Below are positions 10,798 through 23,004 of a DNA stretch of 64,000 nucleotides, piece by piece. The stretch lies in contig OZ024744.1 of NCBI GenBank assembly GCA_964016885.1, positions 78,244,001 to 78,308,000 on the forward strand, read 5' to 3'. The notes beneath the pieces were generated by a model. The model saw only the letters and a program-made list of their open reading frames with translations, searched no databases and had not been told where the DNA came from. Both the position numbers and the translations under genes were made by a program. Source of the stretch: Eledone cirrhosa (lineage: Eukaryota). Within the stretch, counting starts at the first letter, position 1, and every line of letters begins with the position of its first letter.

Positions 10798-12573
10798 TCA
10801 TCATCATCATCATCATCATCACCGTTTTACGTCCGTTCTTCCATGCTAGCATGGGTTAGACGGGTTGTCCTGTTGTGGGCAGTGTCTGGTCAGCTGACCA
10901 TGCCTTGCTCATACAGGAACTGATTTTGGCTTGATTTCTACAGCTGGATGCCCTTCCTAACACCAACCTCATTTACAGTGAGTGCTGGGTGCTTTTCCGT
11001 GGTGCCTATACGTCCACTTTACAGTGTGGGCTGGGTGCTTTTTTGCTGTGGTACCTCCACGACCACCTTGCAGTGGGGGGTGTGGGGGCATATTGTCTAT
11101 ATGCTTCAGCTTGTACCCATGGGAGGTCGGGTACTCTGTATTACTGCGTGACGCTAGAGGTCACGGTCATGTGTCATTGCCTTTGGGAGGTGTAATTGGG
11201 TAAGGTCGGCTTCTATCACCTCATCCCAGGTCATCTTGGGTCTCTCCACTCCGCGGTTTCCATCGACTTCTAGTGCTCTGCACCTTTTTATGCAGCTGTC
11301 ATCCTTCATACGCATCACATGTCCATACCAACGCAACTGCCTCTCCTGCACACAGCATTTGATTCCTCTTATGATCAGTCTCTCTCTCAATTCATTTATG
11401 CTTTGTCGTTCACGTATATTACTGTTACACATCCATCGGAGCATGCAGGCTTCGTTTCTCTCTAATCTACGTAAGTCTTCCACCTTCAGCGCCCAGGTCT
11501 CACTACCATGCAACATTGCTGTTCGGATACACGCATCATACAGTCTGCCTTTCATTTTGAGGGAGAAGCCTTTTGCAGCTAGCAGTGGTAGTAGTTCCCT
11601 AAACTTCTTCCATCCCGTTCTTACCCTAGTTATTGTACTTTCTGAACACCCACCTCCGCTGCTAATTCGGTCACCTAGGTAGCAGAAGCTGTCTACTGTT
11701 TCTACAGAGCCCTCCCAGAGATTGGTGGTACTTGTTTCCTGTGGCTGTTTGCTGCTTGCTGTCTCAGCACAGCTGCTGCATGTGAAGCCTACATTCTTAA
11801 TTAAGCTTCCTGAGATCCCACTACATCTCTTGTGTACCCATTGTTTGCATTTGGGGCAGAGAATGGAGTTCCTACCTACACCTTTCCTACATACTGAGCA
11901 AGGCCATTTCCCTGAGGGAATCTGGGTTCTGTTTTCTCGTCTACTTACAAGGACCTTAGTCTTTGTCATGTTGACTTTGAGACCCTTTCTTTCTAGTCCC
12001 TGCTTCCAAGTTTGGAATTTATTCTCTAGTTCTACCATAGATTCAGCTATGAGTGCGAGGTCATCAGCATACAGGAGTTCCCATGGGCATCCGGTCTTAA
12101 ACTCCTCCGTTATTGCCTGCAGGACTATGATGAACAGGAGGGGGCTAAGAACAGAGCCCTGGTGGACCCCAACCTGTACGCTAAATTCCTCGCTATACTC
12201 ATTGCTAATCCTAATTTTGCTGACTGCTCCCCTATACATGGCTTGTACAGCTTTCACAAGCCATTCATCTACTCCTAGTTTTCTAAGAGCCCACCAGATT
12301 ACAGCACGTAGAACTCTGTCAAAGGCTTTCTCAAGGTCGACAAATGCCAAGTAGAGTGGCTTACTTTTAGCTAGGTACTTTTCCTGTAATTGCCTCACAA
12401 GGAAGAGGGCATCAGTGGTGCCTCTTCCTGGTACAAACCCAAATTGCATCTCGTCTATTTTCACCCGGTCCCTAATCAACTGTGCTATAACTCTTTCTGT
12501 TACTTTCATGACCTGGTCCATCAACTTTATACCTCTATAGTTTCCTCTATCTAGTGCATCGCCTTTACCTTTC
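10798..12573 (-). mobile_element. 5'-truncated RTE LINE (RT plus PHD-like finger), ORF still open
   Basis: ORF 11154-12629 carries KGKGD..DRGNYRGI, QFGF.PGRGTTDA, AFVDLEKAFD, GVHQGSVLSPLLF, LYADD, a C4HC3 finger and [10 protein letters not shown]. The 3' UTR and (CAT)n tail end at about 10798. Confidence 0.95.
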
Positions 12574-12610
12574 ATATATATATATTTTTTTAAACATCCT
12601 GAAATAAATT

Positions 12611-12662
12611 CCTTGCTGAAGAGTGCCAACCAGAGTCCCCAGGTATTGAAGCTTGGTAAAGG
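12611..12662 (+). ncRNA. Degenerate type I hammerhead ribozyme motif
   Basis: CCTTg CTGAAGA GTGCC..GGTAT t GAAG C ttg GTA AAGG. Stems I and II are present, but GAAA has become GAAG. Confidence 0.4.
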
Positions 12663-12907
12663 ATCTGGATTATGGTAGATAATCCTAGAGAAGCAAATTT
12701 AGTAGCACTAAATGAGGATAATAATAGGAATAATACTATGAAAATTACTTACCTTAATGGTCCAAAATTACCTGAGAACATATGACAGCCCCAAGTGACA
12801 ATGAATTGCTTGGCTGAAGAAGGGAGTGTGCTCAAAATATTTTGTTGGTTACTATAGCCAAAACAAGGAGTAAATATAATAGCTTTTCTAATGCAACCCT
12901 TTATTTA

Positions 12908-13290
12908 ACTCTTAATATCCTGTAATGATTTAGCAGAAAATATCTAAAAACAGTTTTGTGAATTCAAATGTTTACAGTATCTTTATTAATGGACAGTGTC
13001 GTGAGAATTTGAAGTATTATCTCTTAACATCCTGTAATTATTTAGCAGAAAATATAAAAAAATATGTTTGTGAATTCAAATGTTTATAGTATCTTTACTA
13101 TTGGACAAAGCTTTGCAAAAATTTGAAGCATTATCACTTGGTATTCTGTAATGATTTAGCAGAAAATAAAAAAAAACAGGTTTGTTGATTCAAATGTTTA
13201 TCGTATCTTTACTGCTGGACAGATTGTTGTGTGAATTTGTAGTATTATCTCTTAACAACCTGTAATGATTTAGCAGAAAATATCAAAAAA
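12908..13290. repeat. Tandem repeat, about 113-bp unit, about 3.4 copies
   Basis: ctgtaatgatttagcagaaaata...ttcaaatgttta.agtatcttta recurs at about 12920, 13032, 13146 and 13260. Confidence 0.85.
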
Positions 13291-13687
13291 GCAGATTTGT
13301 TAATAATTCAGAATTTGGGGGGGGGGGGGGGGGGGGGGGGGGATATTGACTTAAGCCAGAACCCACTTGATAAATATGTATATGTGTGTATATGTATATA
13401 CACACATACTCAAACATATACACACGCATGTATAAAAAAAGAGACAGAAAAAGCAAAAACGATAGAGGTGAATGAGGTAATGAGAGACGGACAGGTGGGA
13501 AAGTAACTAAATAAATAAATAAATAAATTTTAATGTTTTCCACACTTTAATCTGTTCTCAGAGAAAAGCTCAGTTTTTCATTATATTTTGTTAATTTACA
13601 TGGTTTGTTAATTAGGTCATTGGTTAATAAGGATTATCACTGCTAATAAATAATCAAAGCATACACACACACACACACACACATATG

Positions 13688-13719
<32 letters not shown>

Positions 13720-13957
13720 GAGATATAGATATATAGATATATATACATATATATACAAGTGTATATGTATCATCATTTTACGTCCGCTTTTTCCTGCTTG
13801 CAAGGGTGAGAAAAAAACGATAAAGGCCTCTAATTAACTACTCCCCACTTTTTATATAATTAGGATTTCTGCCCTTAACCACCTACTAATCCTACTTCGT
13901 TTTATCTTATTGCTTCGATAAATATGTAACAACATATCATCTCATCGTGAGGAATTA

Positions 13958-14151
13958 CCGTATTTCCTGGCATGGAAGACACTGTTATTTTTTTTTTTTT
14001 TTTTTTTTTGTTCAAAAAATACGTCTGGAGGCCACTGGTTACTTTAGTCATAAGCCTAATTATTATTATATATATATTTTTTCAAAATTTAGCAACTGAA
14101 AATGGGGTTATGTTCTTGATGTCAGAGTGTCTTTGGCGTCGGAAACTATGG
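13958..14151. mobile_element. Tc1/pogo-like MITE
   Basis: TA|CCGTATTTCCTGGCATGGAAGAC ... GTCTTTGGCGTCGGAAACTATGG|TA: imperfect TIRs with TA flanks. Confidence 0.6.
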
Positions 14152-14582
14152 TACTTGCCTAGCAGGTAGCGGTTATGTCCCTACTTATTTCTAGTCTCAA
14201 AATACTTGATCCATCACACCATCTTCCTGAGCAACAATCTTTCTGAGGAAGACTGCATGATGGATCAGGCTGAGATCTTGATATTTGATATTTCATTTAA
14301 TTCTACTGCCCCAGTTTCAGCATTCAGTAATTGAAAGAAGGGAGGTAGGTATAAAAGCCAAACTCGATGGTCTTAGTATTAGCGTCTCCGAATAGAGAGA
14401 TCGCAGCTCCGATACTATGGGCATGTGGTTAGAATGTCTGAGGAAAGTGTCGTTGGACTGACTTTAGCGGCAAAACTAACTGGCAGGAGACCCAGGGGGT
14501 AGACACTGAGCAAGATGGTTGGATATAACATCCATGAGCTCTTTGAAGATTCTGCCCCTATGACCCTCTCAGGAATAAGTGT

Positions 14583-14610
14583 GAGGAGGAGGAGGAGGAG
14601 GAGGATGATG

Positions 14611-14665
<55 letters not shown>

Positions 14666-14815
14666 GGAGGAGGAGGAGGAGGAGGAGGAGGATGATGATG
14701 ATGATGATGATGAGGAGGAGGAGGAGGAGGAGGAGGAGGAGGAGGAGAAGAAGAAGAAGAAGAAGAAGAAGAAGAAGAAGAAGAAGAAGAAGAAGAAGAC
14801 GAAGAAGAAGAAGAT
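14583..14815. repeat. Compound trinucleotide microsatellite (GAG)n(GAT)n(GAA)n
   Basis: Directly visible in the sequence. Confidence 0.95.
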
Positions 14816-15173
14816 AATTTTATACAACTGTCATTGCCTGTAAAAATCTGAATTAGTTTTATCCAGTAGATAAATAATACTATATCATCACCATTATCAT
14901 CATCATCATCATCATCATTACCGTTTTTTAGAGCAACTTCTTCACACTGGAATGGGTTGGAACATGTTTAATTTAAAAAATTTGAACAACAATACACTGA
15001 CAGAATCATACAATGAATGGTTCATAGACTTTGTGACCTCTGACATTGTTAGTACTCATCAATCTAAAGCCGTTTCATTTCATTCATTTCTTCAGAAGCA
15101 TTAGGCATTTCTTAAACTCTTGACCTCAATGCTTGTGAAACAGTCTACACTGGATTGGGACCAAATGTATGTA

Positions 15174-15787
15174 CTCTAATGCAGGCATGTCAAACATGTG
15201 GTACAAGAACATCTGTGGCTCACACAAAGGTTTTTACAGCATGAGCATGTTTTATCTTTATAAAATGAAAAAAAATAGCTGTAATGTGCGCAATTAGTTG
15301 TCGTGTGCAGCCCCCAGACAACACATATGTGACCCATGTGGCCCTCCCGGGGGGGGGGGGGGGGGGAGAACCTCAGTTTGACATGCCTGCTCTAGTGTTC
15401 GAATAATCATCCCCCACTCCCGCTTATTAATTTTATAGATCACCTCCCAATACCCAGCTTATTAAATTTTGCTAATCTATCTCCAGCGGAATTTTATTTT
15501 AAGTGGTAGCATTCCTGTGACAATTCATTTTCTATATACATTAAAAAAACATTATACAAAAAAAAAGAAAAGTACATTACTAGAAATCCCATATGTTGTA
15601 AAATAAAATAGGATGGGGGGGGGGGGCGGTCTCAATATGTAAACTAAACGACTAATTCTGGTTTTTTAAAAGAATCAACAGAGACATCACCAAAAATTTT
15701 ACTGCCCCCCACCCTCCGTTTATTCAAACGCTCCGCTTATTCCAACACCCCACTTATTATCTCCCCCTATTATTTGAGACCCGAGAG
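15174..15787. mobile_element. TA-flanked MITE (Tc1/mariner-like) with a hAT MITE inserted in its left TIR
   Basis: TA|CTCTA[insertion]GTGTTCGAATAAT ... ATTATTTGAGACCCGAGAG|TA imperfect TIRs. Confidence 0.55.
15182..15389. mobile_element. hAT (Charlie-type) MITE
   Basis: TIRs CAGGCATGTCAAAC / GTTTGACATGCCTG with an 8-bp TSD CTCTAATG / CTCTAGTG. Confidence 0.9.
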
Positions 15788-16009
15788 TATATACTTCACT
15801 TTGATATTCATTGCTGTTGTCGTTATATACTATAGTTAACATACACTCAGTCTATATATCATTCATGGTGTTTCTCTCGAATATCCTGTGGAGTTCACTC
15901 TGATGGAGGAAATCAACTCATTTCTCACATCATTGAGTGTATAGTGACTACCTGAGACAGTTTGACTTGTGTTGCAACTACAATTTCAATGTAAAAATTG
16001 AAATTGTAT

Positions 16010-16330
16010 ATGGCTTAGTGGTTAGAGCATCAAACTTACAATCGTGAGGTTGTGAGACTGGGCTTTGCATTGTGTTCTTGAGCAAGACACTTTATTTCAC
16101 GTTGCTTCAGTTTACTCAACTGTAGAAATAAGTTGCGATGTCACTGGTGCCAAGCTGTATTGGCCATTGCCTTTCCCTTGGACAACATCCGTGGTATGGA
16201 GAAGGGAGACTGGTATGAATGGGCGACTGCTGGTCTTCCACAAACAACCTTAACTAGACTTGTGCCTTGGAGGTGAATTTTCTAGGTACAAATCCCATGG
16301 TCATTTGTGACCAAAGGGGGTCTTTACCCA
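16010..16330 (+). mobile_element. tRNA-derived SINE
   Basis: A-box TGGCTTAGTGG and the conserved tgtgttcttgagcaagacactt block. Copies at 48030-48330 (-) and 61455-61725 (+). Confidence 0.8.
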
Positions 16331-16344
16331 TTTCCATTTATCCT

Positions 16345-16530
16345 TCATCATCACCGTTTTACGTCTATTTTTCCATGCTTGCATGGGTCAGATGGGTCAT
16401 CCATGTCAAGAAACAATTCTGGCTAGGATTGGCCATGCTGTACTTCGCTCCAACAGGACTGTAAATTTGGCCAGTGTTTTTTTACAGCTGGATGCCCTTC
16501 CTAACACCAACCACAATTACAGTGTGGGAC
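16345..16530 (-). mobile_element. RTE-type 3' end fragment
   Basis: catcatcaccgttttacgtc...gcatggg...ctggatgcccttcctaacaccaacc. Confidence 0.7.
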
Positions 16531-16547
16531 AAATATATATATATATA

Positions 16548-17305
16548 ACTAGGGTAAGACCGGGAGTTCAGGGAGCTACTGCCACTGCTAGCTGCAGAAG
16601 GCTTTTCCCTCAAAATGAAAGGCAGACTGTATGATGCGTGTATACGAACAGCAATGTTACATGGTAGTGAGACCTGGGCGTTGAAGGTGGAAGACTTACG
16701 TAGATTAGAGAGAAACGAAGCCTGCATGCTCCGATGGATGTGTAACAGTAATATACGTGAACGACAAAGCATAAATGAATTGAGAGAGAGACTGAGCGTT
16801 GGTATGGACATGTGATGTGCATGAAGGATGACAGCTGCATAAAAAGGTGCAGAACACTAGAAGTCAATGGAAACCGCGGAGTGGGGAGACCCAAGAAGAC
16901 CTGGGATGAGGTGATAAAAGCCGACCTTTCCCAATTACACCTCTGGCGTCACGCAGTAATACAGAGTACTCGACCTCCCATGGGTACAAGCCGAAGCTGA
17001 AGCATATAGACAATATGCTCCCACACCCTCCCACTGCAAAGTGGTCGTGGAGGTGCCACAGCAAAAAAGCACCCAGCCCACACTGTAAAGTGGACGTGTA
17101 GGCGCCACAAAAAAAAAGCACCCACCACTCACTGTAAATGAGGTTGGTGTTAGGAAGGGCATCCAGCTGTAGAAAGCAACCCAAAATCAGTTCCTGTATG
17201 AGCAAGGCAAGGTCAGCCGACCAGACACTGCCCACAACAGGACAACCCGTCTAACCCATGCTAGCATGGAAGAACGGACGTAAAACGGGGATGATGATGA
17301 TGATG
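16548..17305 (+). mobile_element. 5'-truncated RTE LINE with internal deletions
   Basis: MKGRLYDACIRTAMLHGSETW..., matching the 11154-12629 ORF, followed by the 3' UTR and (GAT)n tail. Confidence 0.9.
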
Positions 17306-17308
17306 CTG

Positions 17309-17955
17309 ATACAATATAGAGAGGAAAATCACAGGAGAGTGTGTTTTCATTTACAGGGTATTAAAGTGCCCAGAAAAACTCTTTCCTTTGAGCTAATTGA
17401 ATTACGGATTATACGTGAGTCCTTTACTCCGTTAGTTTACTTGATATTTGCTCCTTGCGTCTTCTCTCTGCAGTAGAGCACCATAAATTGAATATTATAG
17501 GCTGCCATCTCTAGCGGCTTGTTCTGTTCATATCACCAGTCACTGCCTCATGCACGGATTTCCCTCTATTCACACGTGCTACAGGTCAGTTACTATAGTT
17601 ATCTTTAGTAGCGGGGGACAATATCAGCTTGAACACTTGCTGATGATCCAAGAGCTGAGTTTGAAACCACTAATAACGGTCAAACAATCTCTTAGTGAGT
17701 TTGTACAAGTGAGATTTAGTTATGAGGTAGGTTTTTCATTTTAATTTATCCTTTTAATTATTATGTTTCTCCTATACCTCTCTTAGATCATATTCTCTTC
17801 ACGCTGGTGGTTAAAATCCTGTAAATGAAAACACACTCTCCTGTGTATTTCCTCTCTATATTGTATTTTAAAGTGCCCAGGAAAACTCTTTCCTTTGTGC
17901 TGATTGAATTACAGGATTATATGCAAGTCCTTTACTCCGTTAGTTTACTTGATAT
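17309..17955 (+). mobile_element. Non-coding Penelope-like pLTR-type module with inverted and direct terminal duplications and a degenerate hammerhead
   Basis: 17310-17358 is the reverse complement of 17818-17867, and 17360-17446 is directly repeated at about 17868-17954. CTGATGA..GAAACC(actaataac)GGTC lies at 17640-17681. Confidence 0.55.
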
Positions 17956-18080
17956 ATATATATAAGGCCCCTGAAGGCTGAGCTCTGGCTGTTTTGACAG
18001 TATCAAGTGTCTCTGGTGGGTTATGGTCTAGTTGGTTTTTACCACACCCTATCTAATATATATATATACATATATATATA

Positions 18081-19229
18081 CTAGCAGTGTATCCCTGTGT
18101 TGCACGGGTAAGAAGATTGGTAATAGCTCCTCCAATGAGAAACGTTTAAAACTGTTAAAAACTCACGAAAATATACAGGAAACTTGTTTTATTTGGAGAA
18201 AATTGAGAATTTGAAAGTACAGTTTAGCTGTCTACGTGCATTGTTCATAGAAATATTGTTGAGCCCCTTCTTCTCATACTCCTCTGTTTTGGCCTTTTGG
18301 AGTAAATGTGAAAGAGAAAGTCACAGGTTAAGTTGGCAGAAGGTTCCAGTGTCATAGCAGTAAGGCGTAGGCTACTTACCTCAAAAGTTCATTCACACTC
18401 TTTCCACTAAGTTACTCTTTCTCTCTATCCCTGTCGGTGCAGTCCCTTGCGAATTTCTCGCATAGGCCTGGTGTAGATTTGCACCCAATCCATCTACCTG
18501 ATGCACATGTCCGCTTTGTACGGCTTTTTGAGGAAGGAGTGACCAGCAGTACGTTGTTCAGTATTATTATGAAAAGGTGTAGCAGAGAATCCCGCGTGAA
18601 CTAACAGCTCGGGAGGAAACTGCTTACCTCGAAGATTCATTCGCCATCGTTCTTGTCAACACTCCGTTTAGTTGGTATTTGTTGGTCTACAGTTAGATGA
18701 ATGTCACACAAAGGGTTAATGTTTATTGGCAAGAAGTGCAACTGGGCTGGCTTGCCTCGCTTATATTATATTTTAAAATAACAGATTAAAGTTTAAGCAA
18801 ATAATCACTGCTTTCACCCTTAACAGGATCTTCTGAAACTAAAAACATCAATCTGTGAATGCAGAAGTAAATATTTCGAAAAACGTTGCAACCGAAGGAA
18901 AACAGGAAGACGATACTTTGGTTCGTGAAGACTTTCCCTGGCAATGAACGGAAAATAGCGAACATAATACGTCATCAATGTTCGTCAGAATGTTGTAATG
19001 CAGACAGACATACAGACAGATATAATAAGGGCTCCTCGGAGATCGATAACCGGCATCTAACACCCCTATAACAACAGAAAATTGAAAAATAAAAGCTGCA
19101 GTTAATATCTTTAGACCGCAAGGAATATATAAATGCAAGTTTGAAGTCAATCAGAGTAGAAATGTGGATTTGTATAGACTTTGCAAAAATGAGGACACAC
19201 AGACAACTACAGTTTTATATATATAGAGA
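18081..19229 (-). mobile_element. Non-autonomous Helitron
   Basis: The minus strand starts A|TCTCTATATATATAAAAC..gtctgtgtgtcc and ends with the hairpin CCCGTGCAACACAGGG plus CTAG|T inside a TA run. Confidence 0.8.
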
Positions 19230-19854
19230 TAAGAGACGTCAACATGAATGGACTTGTTATTTTTATCTAAAGACATTTTTCCAATTCTAACCCACCCATC
19301 CCTTCAATCTATCTTATTTCTCATTCTTTATTCTTAAAACGTTAAGACTCTCTTCCTGATATTTCAAGCGTTAACCTAATATATTTGTTCCATGTACTGT
19401 ACTGATTGTGTTGTTATTTCTGTTTACCTTTTACATATATATGTTAGTTAAATATGTAACAACAGTTACAGGCGGCACACTGTTTGAAGCACTCAATGCT
19501 GTTACAAGGTCCGTTTTATTTGGGTTGTATTACGGCTGTAGTGTGCAGAATGTAAATAGATTTAAAAGAATCCAAGTCAGTGTTGCAGCATATGTACAAA
19601 CTTTATTTCCATATTACAATTGTTTCGATATCAATCAGTTCAGGATACAATCAATGTGATGCCCCCAACCCCACTCTTTTTCAACATCTCATCAGATATG
19701 CGAGCTTACCTCTTCCCATGTGTCTTACCTCTTCCACCCAAGTACATTGATCAATTTTCTCTTAATTATTTTTATCTTACTTTATTCATTTTATTACTAC
19801 TACCAAAATCAAAGTGCTAGATACTGAACTTCGCCCTCCCTGGTGTCATAGGGT

Positions 19855-20432
19855 TTTGGTTGTTGCTGTTGTTATTGGTGGTGGTGTTGGTGGTGGTGGT
19901 GGCGGTGGTGGAGGTGGTGGTGGCAGCGGTGGTGGGTGTTGGTAGTGGTGGTGGTGGTGGTGACGGTGGTGGTGGTGGCGGTGGTGGTGGGTGTTGGTAG
20001 TGGTGGTGTGGGCAGTGCCAGTGCGGAGGTGGCGGCGACGGTGGCGGCGGTGGAGGTGGCGGCGACGGTGGTGGCAGTGGAGGTGGTGGAGGTGGTGGTG
20101 GTGGTGGTGGTGGTGGTGGTGGGTGTTGGTAGTGGTGGCGGTGGCGGTGGCGGCGGGGGTGGGTGTTGGTAGTGGTGGCAGCGGCGGTGGTGGTGGTGGG
20201 TGTTGGTAGTGGTGGCGGCGGCGGCGGCGGCGGTGGTGTTGGTAGTTTGTGGTGTGGGCAGTGCCAGTGCGGAGGTGGCAGCGGCGGTGGTGGTGGTGTA
20301 GGTGGTGGTGGGTGTTGGTAGTGGTGGAAGCGGCGGTGGCGGCGGCGGCGGCGGTGGCGGCGGCGGCGGTGGTAGTGGTGGTGTGGGCAGTGCCAGTGCG
20401 GAGGTGGCAGCGGCGGTGGTGGTGGTGGTGTT
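19855..20432. repeat. (GGT/GGC)n low-complexity tract with three copies of gtgtgggcagtgccagtgcggaggtggc
   Basis: Directly visible. It explains the poly-P/H/T ORFs in the ORF track. Confidence 0.85.
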
Positions 20433-20759
20433 GAAAGACTTCCATCACACAAAGAATAACAACTGGACAACTAAAACCATTAGCTGAAGCCACACACTAA
20501 ATATCCATTGTAAATACCGCTCTTAATGAGGACTGTTGTTATTATTGGCGTTGATGCTGATATACACTTCTCTTCCTCTTACTAAAACAGACCCCTTAGA
20601 CCTTGTCTTCAGTGTCATCTCTCCTATCCTTTCACACCTATCCATTAATGTTTTCCTTTATTTCCTTTATTTAATTTTATTACCACTATCACCATCATCA
20701 CAATTATCATCATATATATATGTGAGTGTGTGTGTGTATACCCCGCCCCCCAGTTCAAT

Positions 20760-20798
<39 letters not shown>

Positions 20799-20856
20799 GT
20801 AAGGTACTCAATACATAGCAGAGTATAAATATTTAATATAGAAATGGCTTCTACAG

Positions 20857-20906
20857 GGCTTTCCTGGTGATTTCCTTCGAAAAACAGTTCTGGTCCTGTA
20901 GAAGCC
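20857..20906 (+). ncRNA. Hammerhead-like motif (family shared with 29286 and the 54.2-kb pair), degenerate core CTGGTGA
   Basis: GGCTTTC CTGGTGA ... gaAAAACAG ttctggtc CTGTA GAAGCC, within a hairpin formed by agaaatggcttctacagg / cctgtagaagccatttct. Confidence 0.5.
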
Positions 20907-21029
20907 ATTTCTTTGCGACCGATAGAGAGTATTAGCAACTGGAAAGACTAATGGAAACATTGTTTCCTCGGTCCGATTTGACGAAAGTCGATCGACTTAT
21001 ATTTATGTACCTTGTTTTGAAAGTGGTTG

Positions 21030-21305
21030 TTTTGATGTCCCCACAAAAAGTGCTCAGTCCAGACTGTAAAGTGCCTGTTTTGGTGCTGTGACAAAAGCAC
21101 CCAGCCCACACTGTAAAGTGGTCGTGTTGGTGTCATGACATAAAGCACCCAGTACACACTGTAAATGTGGTTGCTGCCATTAGGAAGGGCATCCAGCTTT
21201 AGAAACCAAACCAGACAGTCTGTATGAGCAAGACACAGTCACCTGATCTGACTTGTCTCACAATGGGACAACTCCTCTAACCCATGCTAGCGTGGAAAAA
21301 TGGAT
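21030..21305 (+). mobile_element. RTE 3' UTR fragment
   Basis: cacactgtaaagtgg repeats, aggaagggcatccagc and cccatgctagcgtggaaaaatgga. Confidence 0.8.
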
Positions 21306-21351
<46 letters not shown>

Positions 21352-21354
<3 letters not shown>

Positions 21355-22072
21355 TCATCATCATCGTTTAACGTCTATCTTCCACGTTAGCATGGGTTTA
21401 GACGGGAATTGTCCCACTTGAGGCAAGATTGGTTGTCTTGCTCGTATAGGACTGTCTGGCAGGTTTTCTACGGTCCTTCCTAACACCAAATACATTTACA
21501 GTGTGGACTGGGAGGTTTTTACCGTGTTACCTACACGGTCACATTACAGAGTGGACTGTGTGTTTTTTTGTCGTGACACCTACACAACCTCATTTATTTT
21601 GGACTGGATGTTGTGGTACCAACATAACTTTACAGAGAAAGGGTGGTGTTGGTGGGAGTGGGAAGGTGGAGTAGGGGTAGTGGGATGGGGGTGTATTTTT
21701 GGTTAAGAGGTGCCTACTGACTGTAGATTTGGCTTTGTACATAGGCAATGCGGGTCTTCTGTATTACTGCGTGGCGCCAAAGATCTCGGTCCAGTGACAT
21801 TGTCTTGGAGAGTGTAAGTGTGCGAGGTCGGAATTTTCAAATCGTCTCAGGTTTTTCTGGGTCTACCTACTCCGTAACTTCCATCAATTTTGATCGCCCT
21901 GCACTTTTTTATACAGCTGTCGTCTCTCATGCGCATCACATGACCATACCAATGTAGTCTTCTCTTAAGTAAACAGCATCTGATCCCTCTTATTCCTAAT
22001 TTCTTACTTAGTTCATTTATGCTTTGCCGTTCGCATATATCACTATTACACATCTAACAGAGCATGCATGCT
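21352..22072 (-). mobile_element. 5'-truncated RTE LINE
   Basis: Minus [36 protein letters not shown] and a (CAT)n tail at 21352. Confidence 0.9.
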
Positions 22073-22074
22073 TC

Positions 22075-23003
22075 GGGAGGAGGTGACGAGCAAAGTGGCT
22101 TCTCTCACCCAGAAATGGGCCGAGAGGAAGCTATCCCTGAAAGGTCGAGCGGGGGTGGTGAACGCCTGACCGTCGTGCCTTGTGCTAAGCCTCGCCTGAC
22201 TGCACTGGAGCATTTTCTCCTTCTCTTTCGGGAGAACTTTCGGGCCAGGGCCCATGGACAACTTCCAGAAATCCCTGGCCTGGCAGTGCTACAGAGGAGT
22301 CTTGCCAGTTCGGGATAAACTCTACAGGCATGGAAGTGCCGTCAGCGGATCTGTCTGAGATGCGCGCAGGGCGATGAAACCGTCCTGCACACACTTGTCC
22401 AGTGTCCGAGCATTGCTGACTTGTGGGTTTATGCCGAACACCTGCTGTCATGTGTAGAACGGATCGGGCTATCAGCTGAATCCATCGTGAGAATTTCCCA
22501 CCGCCTTTCTTTGGCCGAGAAGGGCAGGCAGTTTATATCTATCTGTATGGTGGACACGTCTGAAAGGGTTGAAGATGGGTACTTTCCTCTTTGGTGACGC
22601 CCTCATTAACTTTTTCAGGTTTCACCTGAAAAGGAAAATCAGAGTGGAGAGGGAAGTGCTGCCTTCCAGCCAGTTTGTTGAAAGGTGGGGGAGAGAGGTA
22701 AGAATGGCCCGTGTGAATGGGCCTAACCTGAGCGTGTGCCTGTAGCATCGTAGGAGGAAAACTGGAAGAGGGCATTTTCCCTAGCGGTCAGGGTAACCGT
22801 GGCTTTTCTTATGGGCTTTCTACACGAGCAACCCTCGGAAGTCTCCTCCCTATTGGGGAATTTTTTCATTGTTTCCTTTTTTGTAACATACTCTGTTTTT
22901 GTTTTTTTTTACATGCAGAAATGCCCATTTGTACCGTCCTGTATTGTCCTGTGTTGTCCTTAATGTTATACTTTGTGTCAACTTTTGTGGTTAATAAAGA
23001 AAG
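22075..23003 (+). mobile_element. L1/Tx1-clade LINE 3' fragment
   Basis: My translation gives FQKSLAWQCYRGVLPVRDKL then CLRCAQGDETVLHTLVQCPSIADLW (zf-RVT CCHC motif). The 3' UTR is T-rich and ends AATAAAGAAAG. Confidence 0.75.
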
Positions 23004-23004
23004 C

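Noticed and set aside
11236-12354. Long plus-strand ORFs opposite the RTE ORF
   Set aside because: They are antisense shadows of the RTE coding sequence, recurring in every copy, with no independent motifs.
14515-14827. Poly-R/M and poly-F/S ORFs
   Set aside because: These are translations of a compound trinucleotide microsatellite.
16010-16085. tRNA gene
   Set aside because: Only an A-box-like head continuing into a dispersed SINE body, with no complete cloverleaf. The same applies at 48.3, 48.8 and 63.45 kb.
19817-20493. Poly-Pro/His/Thr ORFs (extensin- or formin-like)
   Set aside because: Several frames on both strands are open because of a (GGT/GGC)n tract. I see no domain or splice context.
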